Shown: positions 40,553 through 55,325 of the stretch, piece by piece
Layout of the letters: the number at the start of each line of letters is the position of its first letter
How positions within the stretch are numbered: position 1 is the stretch's first letter
Assembly: GCA_964016885.1 (NCBI GenBank)
Contig: OZ024742.1
Location: 327,112,001-327,176,000 of the forward strand
DNA: 64,000 bases
Direction of reading: 5' to 3'
DNA from: Eledone cirrhosa
Taxonomy: Eukaryota
Translations under genes and position numbers: made by a program
The notes under the pieces: generated by a model
What the model was told of the DNA's origin: nothing
The model's input: the letters and a program-made list of their open reading frames with translations, nothing else
The model's database searches: none

Positions 40553-40773
40553 ATATATAAACAACTATCTGGCTGTGGAACCAACCAACCAACCAGAAAT
40601 TTATAAATTTGTAAATTTATAAATATATAATAAATTGAAGTAAAAGCAACTGGTGCGTGTGTTTCTTATTGGCAACATGACCCTCCCAAAGTATAACAAT
40701 ATCGGTTTCAACACACGATTTCAGATAAAGAATCTTGCTAAACAAATTCAGAAACGAAATATATATATATATT

Positions 40774-40894
<121 letters not shown>

Positions 40895-41607
40895 TGTGTG
40901 TATGAATATATATATAGGAAAAGAGTCAGGACCCCGACGGCTGAGCTCCAACCGTTTCGACAGCTAGATCCGAACGGTCAGAGCTCAGCCGTCCTGACTC
41001 TTTTTCTATTACCCACTCTACTACCCTAACTATTAAGTACTCTGGTGCGTTATTGTCCACCTAATATCTTACCACATCCTCTTTGTTATATATATGTATA
41101 TATATATATATATATATATGGGATGGGGTAGTGCGCATGTATATATATATATATATATGTATAAATGAATGTATGTATAGTATATTTGGGAATATACCGT
41201 ATGATTAATTAAAACATTTAGAAGACCATACGCTATCAGTTTTAAAGTAGTGAGTATGTCACTTACTTATTTTCGGCAAAAGAAGTATATTGCCAAATAT
41301 ACTATACATACATTCATGTATACATCGCTATTTCAGAGCACCAATTCTAATATATATATATATATATATAAATGAAAATAGAGAAATTAATGTGTGCAAG
41401 AAGCCAACAGTAATTCATACATATAAGTCAAGATGGAAAATATTTAACGTAAGATATGGGAAAATAATTCAATCCCAATTCAAAAAAAGTCAAGACAGAA
41501 ATTTTATCCACAGATTTTGTGTAATCCAGGGAAAAAAACCAATAGAATCTTAACTCAGAATAAAATTAAGAGTAAATACTTATCCTTCAATTTGGAAAAA
41601 TCTACAA

Positions 41608-41690
41608 ATGCTATATAGTCTTAAAAAGACTATTTCACGAAACTTTTCAGTGGGGTTAGTCACGGCTGGAAATCGTTCATCAGTAGAGCT
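41608..41690 (-). ncRNA. Type-I hammerhead with 8-bp stem III
   Basis: CUA CUGAUGA ACGA..CAG..CUG..UCGU GAA AUAGUCUU-UUU-AAGACUAU A/UAG. Confidence 0.72.
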
Positions 41691-41936
41691 CAACACGAGA
41701 TGTGTGTATATAAATCTGAGTTTTTCAAATATTAATAATACTATTCGATTCGTTTGCAATTATGCAAACAGCCTCTTAAGTCATATGAGTAGAATGACCT
41801 CGTCATTGTTGCTCTTCTGTTGGCATATAAGAGGGTATTTGCATAATTGCAGACGAATCGAATATTATTATTAATATTCGAAAAACTCAGATTTACATTT
41901 CTTGTATTCAGCCATGTAGAGCGATAAAACTATTTG

Positions 41937-42073
<137 letters not shown>

Positions 42074-42276
42074 CACATATGTAGGAGGTGAGTTTTATTG
42101 TGGTACAATAAAGCAATGCAGATATCGGATAAGAAGCACTCTACAGTTTGTAGGACTGGAGTATACATAATATATAAGATCAAAATATGGTTAAATGAGT
42201 TCCATGTATTTTATTATGCGCATGATTTAAAACTGCACTATCCACAAGTGTTTTTAACCTTCATATCATGTCTTCC

Positions 42277-42347
42277 TATTTTATCTGATGAAAACACAAA
42301 TGTTATTGCATGATGATATTTGTTTTTGAAATGCGCATAATAAAATA
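42277..42347 (+). ncRNA. Type-I hammerhead in a fold-back unit (~42075-42395)
   Basis: UAUUUUAU CUGAUGA AAAC-ACAAAUGUUAUU-GCAU-GAUGAUAUUUGU-UUUU GAAA UGCGCA UA/AUAAAAUA; inverted copy of 42331-42385 at 42170-42223. Confidence 0.82.
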
Positions 42348-42864
42348 CATGGAACTCATTTAACCATCTTTTGATCTTATATATTATATATACACATATA
42401 TATATATACATGGTGGCTGCCAACTCGTTTTCGAGTACGGCCACTACTTTATATCCATGTAGGAGAACCCCTACCGATGCGCTAAACAAGTGTGACTTTT
42501 AGTCCAGCCAGCGACTTGAAAACTCTGGTACAAACACTACACCTGTGACAATTACTGACACATAGTGTTGGGCCCTTGGTACCATGTGACGACAAGTGTA
42601 GAGAGATCTCCAGATACAAAGCAATGCCTGTGCCGTGAAGCTTTTATAGTGAGCAAAGGCACTGCACAAAGCCAGTCCCACTCTCTTAACCCAAGATGAT
42701 ATTTACCAAAAAGAAGAAGAAGTCAACATCATTGGATACCATCAGGGTTGCAGGTGTTATATCAGAGCTTTCCTTCTCCTAGAATTCTGCCTTGACAAAG
42801 GCTAAGGGGTCATCTCTCCCAATATATATACATACATACATACATACATACATACATACATACA

Positions 42865-42931
<67 letters not shown>

Positions 42932-42937
<6 letters not shown>

Positions 42938-43626
42938 AACAATACAATATAATTACATCATTACCAGAGGTTTCCCGAATAAGACGAATACAAGCAACGT
43001 CCTCATTCGTTCGTCAGACAAGGCAACTTAAAACAGTGAAATATTTGAAAAATCTCCTCAAGAAATGCAAAACTTTAACGGGCAAAACAAGTATATAAAT
43101 AAAAGTAATGCAATAAGGAAATATAGTAAGGGTGTGTATATAAATGTGTGTATATGCACCTACAAATATACATATGTGTGTATGTACAAATGCATGTGTA
43201 TAGTGAAAAAATGTCTGTGTAAGTAGATACATGAGGGCAAGCATATCAGTGTATGTGTGACCACAAATACGCATATAATATATGTTGAAAAAAGAAATTG
43301 TAATATAATAGAGTTAGCGTACATACAGACTCAGGGACTAAGGATTGAAATATATACACATACAAGGATGAAAGCACGCGTATAAACATACACACACGCG
43401 CAACCACATACATGTATGTGATATATACAGGGAAGGGAGTGTATCAGTCAAAGCAGTGTCAGGCTGAAGGTCGATACAGATATAAAAATATAAAATATGA
43501 AAATGAAATAATATATAAGAATTAAAAAAATTTAATCCAAGAGAAAGTAAGAGGGAGTGGTTATCAAGTATAAAGTAACACTAGAAAAATTAAATAAAAA
43601 GTAGAAAACATACAGAGGTTTGTACG

Positions 43627-43686
<60 letters not shown>

Positions 43687-43873
43687 AGTAAGTAAGACCC
43701 CGACGGCTGAGCTCAAGCCGTTTCGACGGCTAATTCTGTACAGAATTAGCCGTCGAAACGGCTTGAGCTCAGCCGTCGGGGTCTTACTTACTCCTATTAC
43801 CCACTCTACTACCCTAAGTATTGAGTACGTTGGTGCGTTATGGTCCACCTGGTTCCTTACCACTTTTCCCTCG

Positions 43874-43921
<48 letters not shown>

Positions 43922-44900
43922 CACATATATACGTACAGACAAAAACACATACATGCGTACATACATACAAAGGCGCGCATACATACACACGATACACATA
44001 TATACGTACATGTACATCTAATCACACACACGCACGTGACCATATATATATATAAGTAAGTAAAAAACATAGATATAAAAACACACATACACATACACGC
44101 GCACATACGAATGCATTCGTATACATATACAAACACGTATACACACATATGCACACTTACACGCATACATACAATATAAAAACCAGCCGTATGAATAAAT
44201 GAGTACAAATTATACGCAAGTAAACATACATAAAAGCGGGTGAGGGACAACAGAATATATCTGGAGTTGAAAACGCAAGTGGCAAGTGATATCAGGTAGT
44301 GAAAAAAAAGGGGGAAGTAAAATATGTAAAATTATGAAGATATAAAGTAAGTGAATCAAAAAGCAAGGTGTGTGTGTGTGTGTGTGGGGGGGGGGGGTCA
44401 CTAGTGGATGTGAAGTAAAAATAAAGTTAAAAATAAAAATAAAAGTAAGTCAGAAAGAGAATTCTGTAAAGAAGGTAAGTTAAGGAAAGTGAAGAACAAG
44501 AGTTTATGGAAGATAAGTATCTGAAAGTGAGTTAAGTTTAGATGAGCTGGAAAGCAAGTGTGATTTCATGTGTGGGCAACTGGTGAAAATTTCTGTTTTT
44601 GCATTTAGGCAGGTTTTTGGTGATTTAAGGTTCTGTAAAATCCAATATTTTTCACTTATGCAGAGTGCGCATCTTCTTGTTCCTCTTGCATATTCTTTAG
44701 ATTGGTTCAAAATTGACTAATCTCATTTATATTGGATACCTTGGTCTTTCAAATCCCATTTTCTGCTAGCCAGAGCTGTTGTAAGTCTTTTTTCAGGATG
44801 TCGGAAAGATGCGACATGTGAGTAATAACGCGTTTTGAATTTGTCTTGTGTCATACCCACATATCGTTCGCTAGTGGCTGGTAGGTTGTTGCTGCATTTA
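42932..44900 (-). mobile_element. 3' fragment of a third PLE family (GIY-YIG at 44504-44890 plus 3' UTR), interrupted by a family A unit
   Basis: RYVGMTQDKFKTRYYSHVASF..TTALA..WDLK; CALCISEKYWIL..LNAKTEIFTSCPH; sense HHR near the (TA)n end. Confidence 0.75.
42952..43027 (-). ncRNA. Type-I hammerhead at the 3' end of that PLE
   Basis: GUUGCCUUGU CUGACGA A-CGAAUGAG..CUUAUUCG-G GAAAC C-UCU-G GUA/AUGAUGUAAU (G-U-rich stem I). Confidence 0.65.
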
Positions 44901-45156
44901 TGTGATAAACTTTTGATGTAATTTTTTATGACATTATATGTATCATGTATTGTGTGTTGCTCTATACAGCGCTGGCCTGGGGACCCCCCCCCCTACTTGT
45001 CCTTTATCCTTGTTCTGGTGACCGAGCTCGATGGAGCCTGCAACCTTTGATAGATTTTTGTTTATAAGTTTATATGATTCCTGCCCTAGGGTATGGATGA
45101 AACACTGTTAGCAAATAAAACAATGTATTTCTAAGCACTCTTTGGTTATTCCAAAA

Positions 45157-45247
<91 letters not shown>

Positions 45248-45395
45248 TGTGTGTGTGTGTGTGTAACATAAATATTTATGTTAGAAAACAATGTATACTT
45301 GAAGATTCTCATGTACACTTATAGTAGACGCGGTTTTTTTTAATTAGAAGCTTTCTCTATGGAAAGAACGAATTGTAAAGTGTAGCACTTTCAAT

Positions 45396-45560
45396 GGCGC
45401 CGAATTGGCAGAGTCGTTAGGACGTTGAATAGAATGCTTAGTGATACTCGTTCCGGCTCTCTGCGGTCTAAGTTCAAATCTCACCGAGGACAAATTTCCT
45501 GTTTATCTTTTGAAGGTTGATAAAAGAAAGTGCCAGTCCAGTACTGGGGTTGATTCTCCC
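45396..45560 (+). mobile_element. Diverged Meta-domain-like SINE (others at 46155-46292 on -, 51035-51185 on -, 19315-19420 on -)
   Basis: GGCGCCGAATTGGCAGAGTCGTTAG..AGTTCAAATCTCACCGAGG. Confidence 0.65.
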
Positions 45561-46329
45561 TCTCCCCCTCTATGTCTTTCACATTCTCCCCCCTCTCTTT
45601 CCTATCTCTCTACTCTCTTTCTCTCTCTCCCTCTACCCACTCTCTCTTTCTACTCTCTCCCTCTACTCTCTCTCTCTCTCTCTCTCTCACTCTCTCTCTG
45701 TCTCTACTCTCTCCCCTCTCTCATTGTGCTAGAGGATGTGCATTCTTTACACAGTTAAGGCTTCTAATTCAAGAACAATGGTTGGATTCTACTCGTATTA
45801 TGTGTTATTTTTGATTTCAATGTAATTATCGGAGAAGAAGAAGAAGAAGAAGAAGAAGAAGAAGAAGAAGAAGGGGGAGGAGAAGGAGGAAGAGAATAAG
45901 AAAAAGAAACAGGAGAAGGAGGAGAAGGACGAGAAGAAGGAAGAGGAGAAGAAGATGGAGAAGAAGAAAAAGGAGGAGGAGGAGAAGAATAAGATGAAGG
46001 AGAAGGAGAAAAAGAAAAAAGAAGAAGAAGGAGAAGAAGAAAGAGAAGAACAACAACCCATCACCAGCACAACAACGACAATAGCAAAAACACCACCACC
46101 ACCACCACCACCACCACTATCACCGTAACAACAACAATAGCATCACCAACACTAATAATTGTTTCTACATTTGGCACAAGGCCAGCAATTATCCAGTGTA
46201 TTACTGGTACTTTATTTTATCGCCCCCGTAAGGTTGAAAGGCAAAGTTAACCTCGGCGGGATTTGAACGCAGATCATAAAGGGCCGTAACTCGAAGCTGC
46301 CACGTCACCACTACCATCACAACCACTAT

Positions 46330-46367
<38 letters not shown>

Positions 46368-46659
46368 CTATCACAACAACAGTAGCATCAACAGTACCGT
46401 CACCACCCCCACCATCACCACAACAATAATAACTATTACAGCAACAACACCACACCAACACAACCGCTACCACCACAACAACAACAACAATAATAACTAT
46501 CACATTAACAACACCACATCAACACTATCACCATTAGAATAACAACAACAATCACTGTCACAACAACAACGCCAACACTATCCCCACCACCACAACCACC
46601 ACTAAAACAACAATTATAACTATCCAACAGCAACAACACCAAACCAACACTACCACCTC

Positions 46660-49600
46660 TACCACAAAAACACCAATACTATCACTACCACAACGACACC
46701 AACACTATCACTACCACAACAACACCAACATTATCACTACCACAACAACATTATCACTACCACAACAACACCAAGACTATCACCACCACAACAACACCAA
46801 CACTATCACATTAACAACACCAACACTATCACTACCACAACAACACCAACACTATAACCACCACAACAACACCAACACTATCACTACCACAACAACACCA
46901 ACACTATCACTACCACAACAACACCAACACTATCACTACCACAACAACACCAACACTATCACCACCACAACAACACCGACACTATCACCACCACAACAAC
47001 ACCAACACTATCACTACCACAACAACACCAACACTATCACCACCACAACAACACCGACACTATCACCACCACAACAACACCAACACTATCACCACCACAA
47101 CAACACCAACACTATCACCACCACAACAACACCAACACTATCACCACCACAACAACACCAACACTATCACTACCACAACAACACCGACACTATCACTACC
47201 ACAACAACACCAACACTATCACTACCACAACAACACCAACACTATCACTACCACAACAACACGAACACTATCACTACCACAACAACACCAACACTATCAC
47301 CACCACAACAACACCAACACTATCACTACCACAACAACACCAACACTATCACTACCACAACAACACCAACACTATCACTATTACTACCACAACAACACCA
47401 ACACTATCACCACCACAACAACACCAACACTATCACTACCACAACAACACCAACACTATCACCACCACAACAACACCAACACTATCACTACCACAACAAC
47501 ACCAACACTATCACTACCACAACAACACCAACACTATCACTATTACTACCACAACAACACCAACACTATCACTACCACAACAACACCAACACTATCACTA
47601 TTACTACCACAACAACACCAACACTATCACCACCACAACAAAACCAACACTATCACTACCACAACAACACCAACACTATCACTACCACAACAACACCAAC
47701 ATTATCACTACCACAACAACACCAACATTATCACTACCACAACAACACCAACACTATCACTATTACTACCACAACAACACCAACACTATCACCACCACAA
47801 CAACACCAACATTATCACTACCACAACAACACCAACACTATCACCACCACAACAACACCGACACTATCACTACCACAACAACACCAACACTATCACCACC
47901 ACAACAACACCAACACTATCACTACCACAACAACACCAACATTATCACTACCACAACAACATTATCACTACCACAACAACACCAAGACTATCACCACCAC
48001 AACAACACCAACACTATCACATTAACAACACCAACACTATCACTACCACAACAACACCAACACTATAACCACCACAACAACACCAACACTATCACTACCA
48101 CAACAACACCAACACTATCACTACCACAACAACACCAACACTATCACTACCACAACAACACCAACACTATCACCACCACAACAACACCGACACTATCACC
48201 ACCACAACAACACCAACACTATCACTACCACAACAACACCAACACTATCACCACCACAACAACACCGACACTATCACCACCACAACAACACCAACACTAT
48301 CACCACCACAACAACACCAACACTATCACCACCACAACAACACCAACACTATCACCACCACAACAACACCAACACTATCACTACCACAACAACACCGACA
48401 CTATCACTACCACAACAACACCAACACTATCACTACCACAACAACACCAACACTATCACTACCACAACAACACGAACACTATCACTACCACAACAACACC
48501 AACACTATCACCACCACAACAACACCAACACTATCACTACCACAACAACACCAACACTATCACTACCACAACAACACCAACACTATCACTATTACTACCA
48601 CAACAACACCAACACTATCACCACCACAACAACACCAACACTATCACTACCACAACAACACCAACACTATCACCACCACAACAACACCAACACTATCACT
48701 ACCACAACAACACCAACACTATCACTACCACAACAACACCAACACTATCACTATTACTACCACAACAACACCAACACTATCACTACCACAACAACACCAA
48801 CACTATCACTATTACTACCACAACAACACCAACACTATCACCACCACAACAAAACCAACACTATCACTACCACAACAACACCAACACTATCACTACCACA
48901 ACAACACCAACATTATCACTACCACAACAACACCAACATTATCACTACCACAACAACACCAACACTATCACTATTACTACCACAACAACACCAACACTAT
49001 CACCACCACAACAACACCAACATTATCACTACCACAACAACACCAACACTATCACCACCACAACAACACCGACACTATCACTACCACAACAACACCAACA
49101 CTATCACCACCACAACAACACCAACACTATCACCACCACAATAACACCAACACTATCACTACCACAACAACACCAACACTATCACATTAACAACACCAAC
49201 ACTATCACTACCACAACAACACCGACACTATCACATTAACAACACCAACACTATCACTACCACAACAACACCGACACTATCACATTAACAACACCAACAC
49301 TATCACTACCACAACAACACCGACACTATCACTACCACAACAACACCAACACTATCACCACCACAACAACACCAACACTATCACTACCACAACAACATCA
49401 ACACTATCACTACCACAACAACACCGACACTATCACCACCACAACAACACCAACACTATCACCACCACAACAACACCAACACTATCACTACCACAACAAC
49501 ATCAACACTATCACTACCACAACAACATCAACACTATCACCACCACAACAACACCGACACTATCACCACCACAACAACACCAACACTATCACATTAACAA

Positions 49601-50655
49601 CACCAACACTATCACTACCACAACAACACCAACACTATCACTACCACAAAAACACCAACACTATCACTATTACTACCACAACAACACCAACACTATCACC
49701 ACCACAACAACACCAACACTATCACTATTACTACCACAACAACACCAACACTATCACCACCACAACAACACCAACACTATCACTACCACAACAACACCAA
49801 CACTATCACCACCACAACAACACCAACACTATCACGTTAACAACACTACACCAACACTATCACCACCACTACAACACTAACACTATCACTACCACAACAT
49901 CAACCTTATCAATACCACAACACCAACACTATCACCACCACAACAACATCAACACTATCACATTAACAACACTACACCAACATTATCACTGCCACAACAC
50001 CAATACTATCACACTAACAACACAACACCAACACTATCACCACCACAACAACACCAACACTATCACCACCACAACAACATCAACACTATCACTACCACAA
50101 CAACACCATTACTATCACATTAACAACACTACACCAACATTATCACTACCACAACACCAACACTATCACCACCACAACAACATCAACACTATCACATTAA
50201 CAACACTACACCAACATTATCACTGCCATAACACCAACACTATCACACTAACAACACAACACCAACACTATCACATTAACAACACCAACACTTTCATCAC
50301 CACAACAACACCAACACTATCACCATCACAACAACATCAACACTATCACATTAACAACACTACACCAACATTATCACTACCACAACACCAACACTATCAC
50401 CACCACAACAACATCAACACTATCACATTAACAACACTACACCAACATTATCACTGCCACAACACCAACACTATCACACTAACAACACAACACCAACACT
50501 ATCACATTAACAACACCAACACTTTCATCACCACAACAACACCAACACTATCACCATCACAACAACATCAACACTATCACATTAACAACACTACACCAAC
50601 ATTATCACTACCACAACACCAACACTATCACACTAACAACACAACACCAACAGTA
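46660..50655. repeat. 26-bp minisatellite (ACAACAACACCAACACTATCACTACC)n, ~4 kb
   Basis: 26-bp period counted (46871 to 46897); variants recur at a 1211-bp spacing. Confidence 0.95.
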
Positions 50656-52044
50656 CCACCATTACAATAAAAGTGAAACTTGGAATACAGTTTAAGGAAA
50701 TATCGTTACTGACAAAGAGATTATACAGATCAACAACAACAAAGGCAGTTTATTTTTATTTCAAAGTAGAAGAACTTGAAAATAACTTGGTCAGGTAAAT
50801 ACTGGATAGTTTAACTAAACAAATAACTTGACGAGTCAAAGAAGGCAGCGATGGAGGCGGTGGTACGATGGTCTACGTGGTCGCTGAACTGGCTAGAAAT
50901 AACAGAGAAACCTCACTCAACTGTCTTATCTCTTTTGATATCCAACTAATTGAAACTGGACCCTGGCTGGCCCTACGATACAAAGTTGTTTGTTTTAAAG
51001 TGTTTATAGTTATCTAAAAAGCTTTCATCATAATTTAATTGTTTCTACTTTTGATACAAGGCCAGCAACTACCCAGTGCATTACAGGTACTTTATCTTAT
51101 CGACCCCGTAAGGATGAAAGGCAAAGTTAACCTCGGCGAGTTTTGAACTTAGACCGTAAAGGGCCGCAATTCTGTGTCGCAAAGCTTTCATAATAAGAAC
51201 CTTTGTTATGTTCCAGCTTAATAATGAGAAATTCTTGATAATTATTATAAAAGAACACTGTTGGCCTTGTGTCTAAATCAGAAACCATCTAAACTATAAT
51301 AAAGTAAGGAGTGCGGGACTGCGTACGGTTTATTTCTTTTAATCTGGTTAGTAAAATAAGTTGGATTACTTTGAATAAATAATGAATAATGAATAATAAA
51401 TATAAATAATTTCGTAAAAATCAATAATTTAAAATTGACTTCTTTTCAAAGTTGCACTTCCGGTATATCGTCGCCACCACCACTTCAACTACCATATATA
51501 TAGAAAGAGAGAGTGTATGATGAGAGAGATAGAGAGATTATGATTTTCTACACGCTGACGCGTATGAGTGTGCACATACATATATCCATATATATGAGTA
51601 TATAACTATTATGCGTATATAACTATAATCGCGCAAACACAAACTTATAAAAATACACCCTCACGGACATAATTCACACAAATACACATACATTCACACA
51701 TACTTTCACACAAACATACATACATTTACACAAACACACATATAGTCATGATAGCAGCGTTCGGTGAAATTGGAAATGGGATGGTAAAACAAGTATAACG
51801 TTTTATTTATTTATTAATTCTTTTTTTTTAAACTCATTTGATATAATGGTTACAGAACAAAAATACTAACAAATATAATATATACAAAGGAAAGGGAAAG
51901 GAAAAAAAGAAAGAGAAATGATGCACAAGCAGGTAATACACACACATCTTAGACCACAGAACAATATGCAGGAGAAAGAGTGGTAAAACGAGCCGCTACC
52001 AGAGCAAAAGATAGCAATATAACGAGGAGCACTGGGAAACCTCT

Positions 52045-52401
52045 CTAATATTTTTTTAGGCAGGCCAGCACGCTCGCAGCGTTACCTGGGGTGATGGCGA
52101 GGCTGAGGTACTGGAACAACCTAGTGCCCTCACGAGCATCACCAGTTACCTCTGTTTGGCGAGCCGCCAGTGAAGATAAGAATCTCGCTGATAGTAGCCC
52201 GACTCCCCCAAACGTATTGTAGTTAGCTGACAGAACACGGTATTTTAGGATTTTGTTCTGTTCAGCTGCGGATGCTGTAGCTCTCGCCCTTACCGCTGCA
52301 TCCAGAATGTGGGAAGAAGCAAAAGAGTCACTAACTGTGACGTCCCAGGTAAGGCACCTGCGTCTTGACCATAGTAAGACCGTCAAGTCTTTTCCCATCA
52401 A
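52045..52401 (-). pseudogene. CRE-like RLE domain fragment
   Basis: LTVLLWSRRRCLTWDVTVSDSFASSH..AAEQNKILKY..GDAREGTRLFQYLSLAITPGNAASVL. Confidence 0.7.
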
Positions 52402-52439
52402 TTTAGGACAACCCAGACGGGTTGATGGACGGGTGGACA

Positions 52440-52878
52440 GAAGTCCTTCAAATTTATATACACGTGAATGGAGTTCTACTGAAGCAGTTAGAGATGTTCA
52501 AGTATCTTGGAGCCGTGTTCATGAGTGATGGAATGCAGGAGGCTGAATTAAGTGCAAGAATTGCAAAAGCTAATGCAGTAATGCGCCAGCCTCAGCATTC
52601 AGCAATCAGATGAAGTGGGGTAAGTGTAAAAGCCAAACTCGCTGTCTTCCTGGTATTCCTGCCAACTCTTACCGAGGATCATGAATTTTAAGTAATGACA
52701 AAAAAAAAAAGCAATTGCAAATAAAAGTGGCAGAAATGGGATTCCTCCGAAGGTCTTTGGAGTAATGTTACTCGATAAAGTGCATAACTCAGAGACCAGA
52801 GAGTCACTCCTGGTAGAGCCGCTACTTCTCCGAATTGAGAGATCACAACTCCGATATTATGAGCATGTGGTTAGAATC
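52440..52878 (+). pseudogene. RTE-type LINE RT C-terminal fragment
   Basis: IHVNGVLLKQLEMFKYLGAVF..ELSARIAKA; VAEMGFLRR; RIERSQLRYYEHVVR. Confidence 0.75.
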
Positions 52879-52904
52879 GCTGGGCACATAATAAATAATT
52901 ATTG

Positions 52905-53555
52905 GGGGTAAAATAATTATTGTGGGTAAATAGGTGGGTAAAATGATTATTGTGGGTAAGTGGTGGGTAAATGATTATTGTGGGTAAAATGGTGGGTAAA
53001 TGATTATTGTGGGTAAAATGGTGGGTAATGATTATTGTTGGTAAAATGGTGGGTAAAATAATTATTATGGGTAATTGTAGGTAAAATGATTATTGTGGGT
53101 AAAATTGTAGGTAAAATAATCAATGTGGGTAAAGTGATAGGTAAAAGAATTATTGTGGGTAAAATGGTGGGTAAAATAATTATTATGGATAAAAAGGTGG
53201 GTAAAATGGACCCCCAAATAAAAGACGGATCCCCCCAAATAAAAAACGGATCCCCAAATAAAAAAATGGATCCCCCTCAATAAAAAAAGGATTATTGTGG
53301 GTAAATGGTGGGTAAAATAATTATTGTGGATAAAATGGTAGGCTAAATGATTATTTTGGGTAAAATGTTTATTGTGGGTAAAGTGGTGGGTAAAATGATT
53401 ATTGTGTGTAAAGTGGTGGGTAAAATGATTATTGTGTGTTAAGTGGTGGGTAAAATGATTATTGTGGGTAAAGTGGTGGGTCAAATAATAATATTGAGTA
53501 AAATTGTGGATAAAATAATGATAGTGGGTAAAGTGGTAGGTAAAATGGTGGGTGA
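52905..53555. repeat. ~29-bp minisatellite (GTGGGTAAAATGATTATTGTGGGTAAAATG-like)
   Basis: Degenerate tandem units. Confidence 0.85.
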
Positions 53556-54009
53556 AATCAAGAAAGGGAGAAAGAGGGTAGGAAGTGGAGTAAAGGGGAT
53601 AGGGAAAGAATGGGTTGGAAGAGGCAGAAGTGGAAGAAGGGGAGGAAAAACATCAAGGGAGGGAAGGATGGAAAAAAGGAAGGAAGACAGCAAGTTAAAG
53701 AAATAGGGAAATGGAAGTTCAAAAATGGGGAAAAGTAGGGAAGAGGGGTCAAGAGGGATACGAAGTGGGAAGGCGTGGGAAAGAGGCGGAAAAGAGTGTA
53801 ATGAGGGAGAATCAACACCACGAGGTCAACTACAAGACAATGAGGTTACGTAAAGTGATATGTGTTTCTTTCATAAGAAATTTGAAGCAAAATATACCAA
53901 GTAACCAAGTAACTTCAATAGCTCTTCACCATCGACTCAGGGAGAAACTCTAGGACCAACCACCAATAAACACCCTAGTGGTTGGAAAACATGATCAACT
54001 GTCCTGTAT

Positions 54010-54648
54010 GTCTATGATCAGATCTCCAGTCAGATTCTTAATCGACACAGAAGTAGAAGTCAATGTCATCCCGGCATCTGCAAACGACCTCCGTTATAAA
54101 GAGGGGAGTCAGTGGCAGCTGCCAATGATTCTACAATCAAAACTTACAGATAACATACTCTCTCCCTCCACAGAGGCTCACAGTAATATACATGGACATT
54201 CACCGCCGCTGATGCCCATCAGCCTACCATTGGAGCAGACTTCCTTCGGGTTCACTCACTGCTGGTCGATAATCAGGGGAGACGACTCGTCAATAGCAGC
54301 AAGTATGCCTCTGTTTATCTGGCAACATCTGCACGTGTGACTTTTCATATATCAAACGTCTCTGAGACCAAGAACGAGTTCTCGGAATTCCTTTTGAATT
54401 ATCTGAAACTCATTATCATGACATCTCCCAATCCACAACTCACCACAGAGTAAAGCACTACATTCCAACCACCAATTCTCCAGTACACAACTGTGTATGT
54501 CGTCTACCACCAGACAAATTTGCTATTGTGAAGGTCAAATTTGACAATATGGAAGCTTTGGGCATCGTTCATCGATCAAACAGTTCCTGGTCTTCACTTC
54601 TACACGAAGCGCCAAAACCCAAAAGAGCTTGGCCACCTAGCAGGGATT
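54010..54648 (+). pseudogene. Decayed Ty3/gypsy pol (protease to start of RT)
   Basis: RFLIDTEVEVNVIP (DTGA-like); VKHYIPTTNSPV..RLPPDKFAIVKVKFDNMEALGIVHRSNSSWSSLLH. Confidence 0.75.
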
Positions 54649-54872
54649 AACAAAAGTACCTCACCCTTGTAAATACAATTTAATACAAAAAGAAAAAAGA
54701 AAATTTAGATTGAGAAGAAAGAATGGAATGTAAAATAAGAAAATATAAAAAGAAACGGAAAAAGAAAGATATGGCAAGGGCTCTAGTGTATATAATAAAC
54801 ATACATTTAGTATCACTTTGAGTATTTTAATCTGTTTCGATCTGTGATCATATCACAGCTACCTCAGCATCG

Positions 54873-55325
54873 GAATTCATATATACATTCATACTTGCTC
54901 CTGATATATCTGTCAAAATATATCAGTAAAATATATCAGTAATATATCAGTAAAAACAAGGTCACAGTTTTAAATTAAGTAAATTATATAGATTACTAGC
55001 AGCAGGACCCGGCGTTGCACGTGAAATAGCAACACGCATATGCAACCATTGAGGAATGTAGCTGTGTACTTTTTGAATTCCCTTATTCTCAGGGAATGAT
55101 TGTTCATCTACTGGAAACGTAGAACACCAGCAGGCCGAATCCAGTAGTAGCAGTGTCAGTGGGCTGATTGCGGAAATCCTGTATCCGAAAGGAGTAAGTA
55201 AGTGTTGTGGGGCGGTGTATGTCGTAGAATTCATATACACATTCATACTTGCTCCTAATATATCTGTCAAAATATATCAGTAGAAACAAGGTCACAGTTT
55301 TAAATCAAGTAAATTATATTGATTA
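54873..55325. repeat. ~100-bp direct repeats flanking a segment with a minus-strand Helitron 3' end
   Basis: GAATTCATATA.ACATTCATACTTGCTCC..GATTA at 54873-54995 and 55227-55325; ACTAG..GACCCGGCGTTGC at 54995-55020 matches the reverse complement of the 18650-18675 Helitron end. Confidence 0.7.

Larger units (their letters stand above)
40235..40760. mobile_element. Family C fold-back unit with two divergently oriented hammerheads
   Basis: 40235-40451 is the reverse complement of 40487-40702; right arm extended ~60 nt; (TA)n on both sides; tail fragments also at 10430-10487 and 12220-12310. Confidence 0.88.

Noticed and set aside
46660-50655. CRISPR-like regular array
   Set aside because: No unique spacers, no cas genes, eukaryotic context; it is a minisatellite
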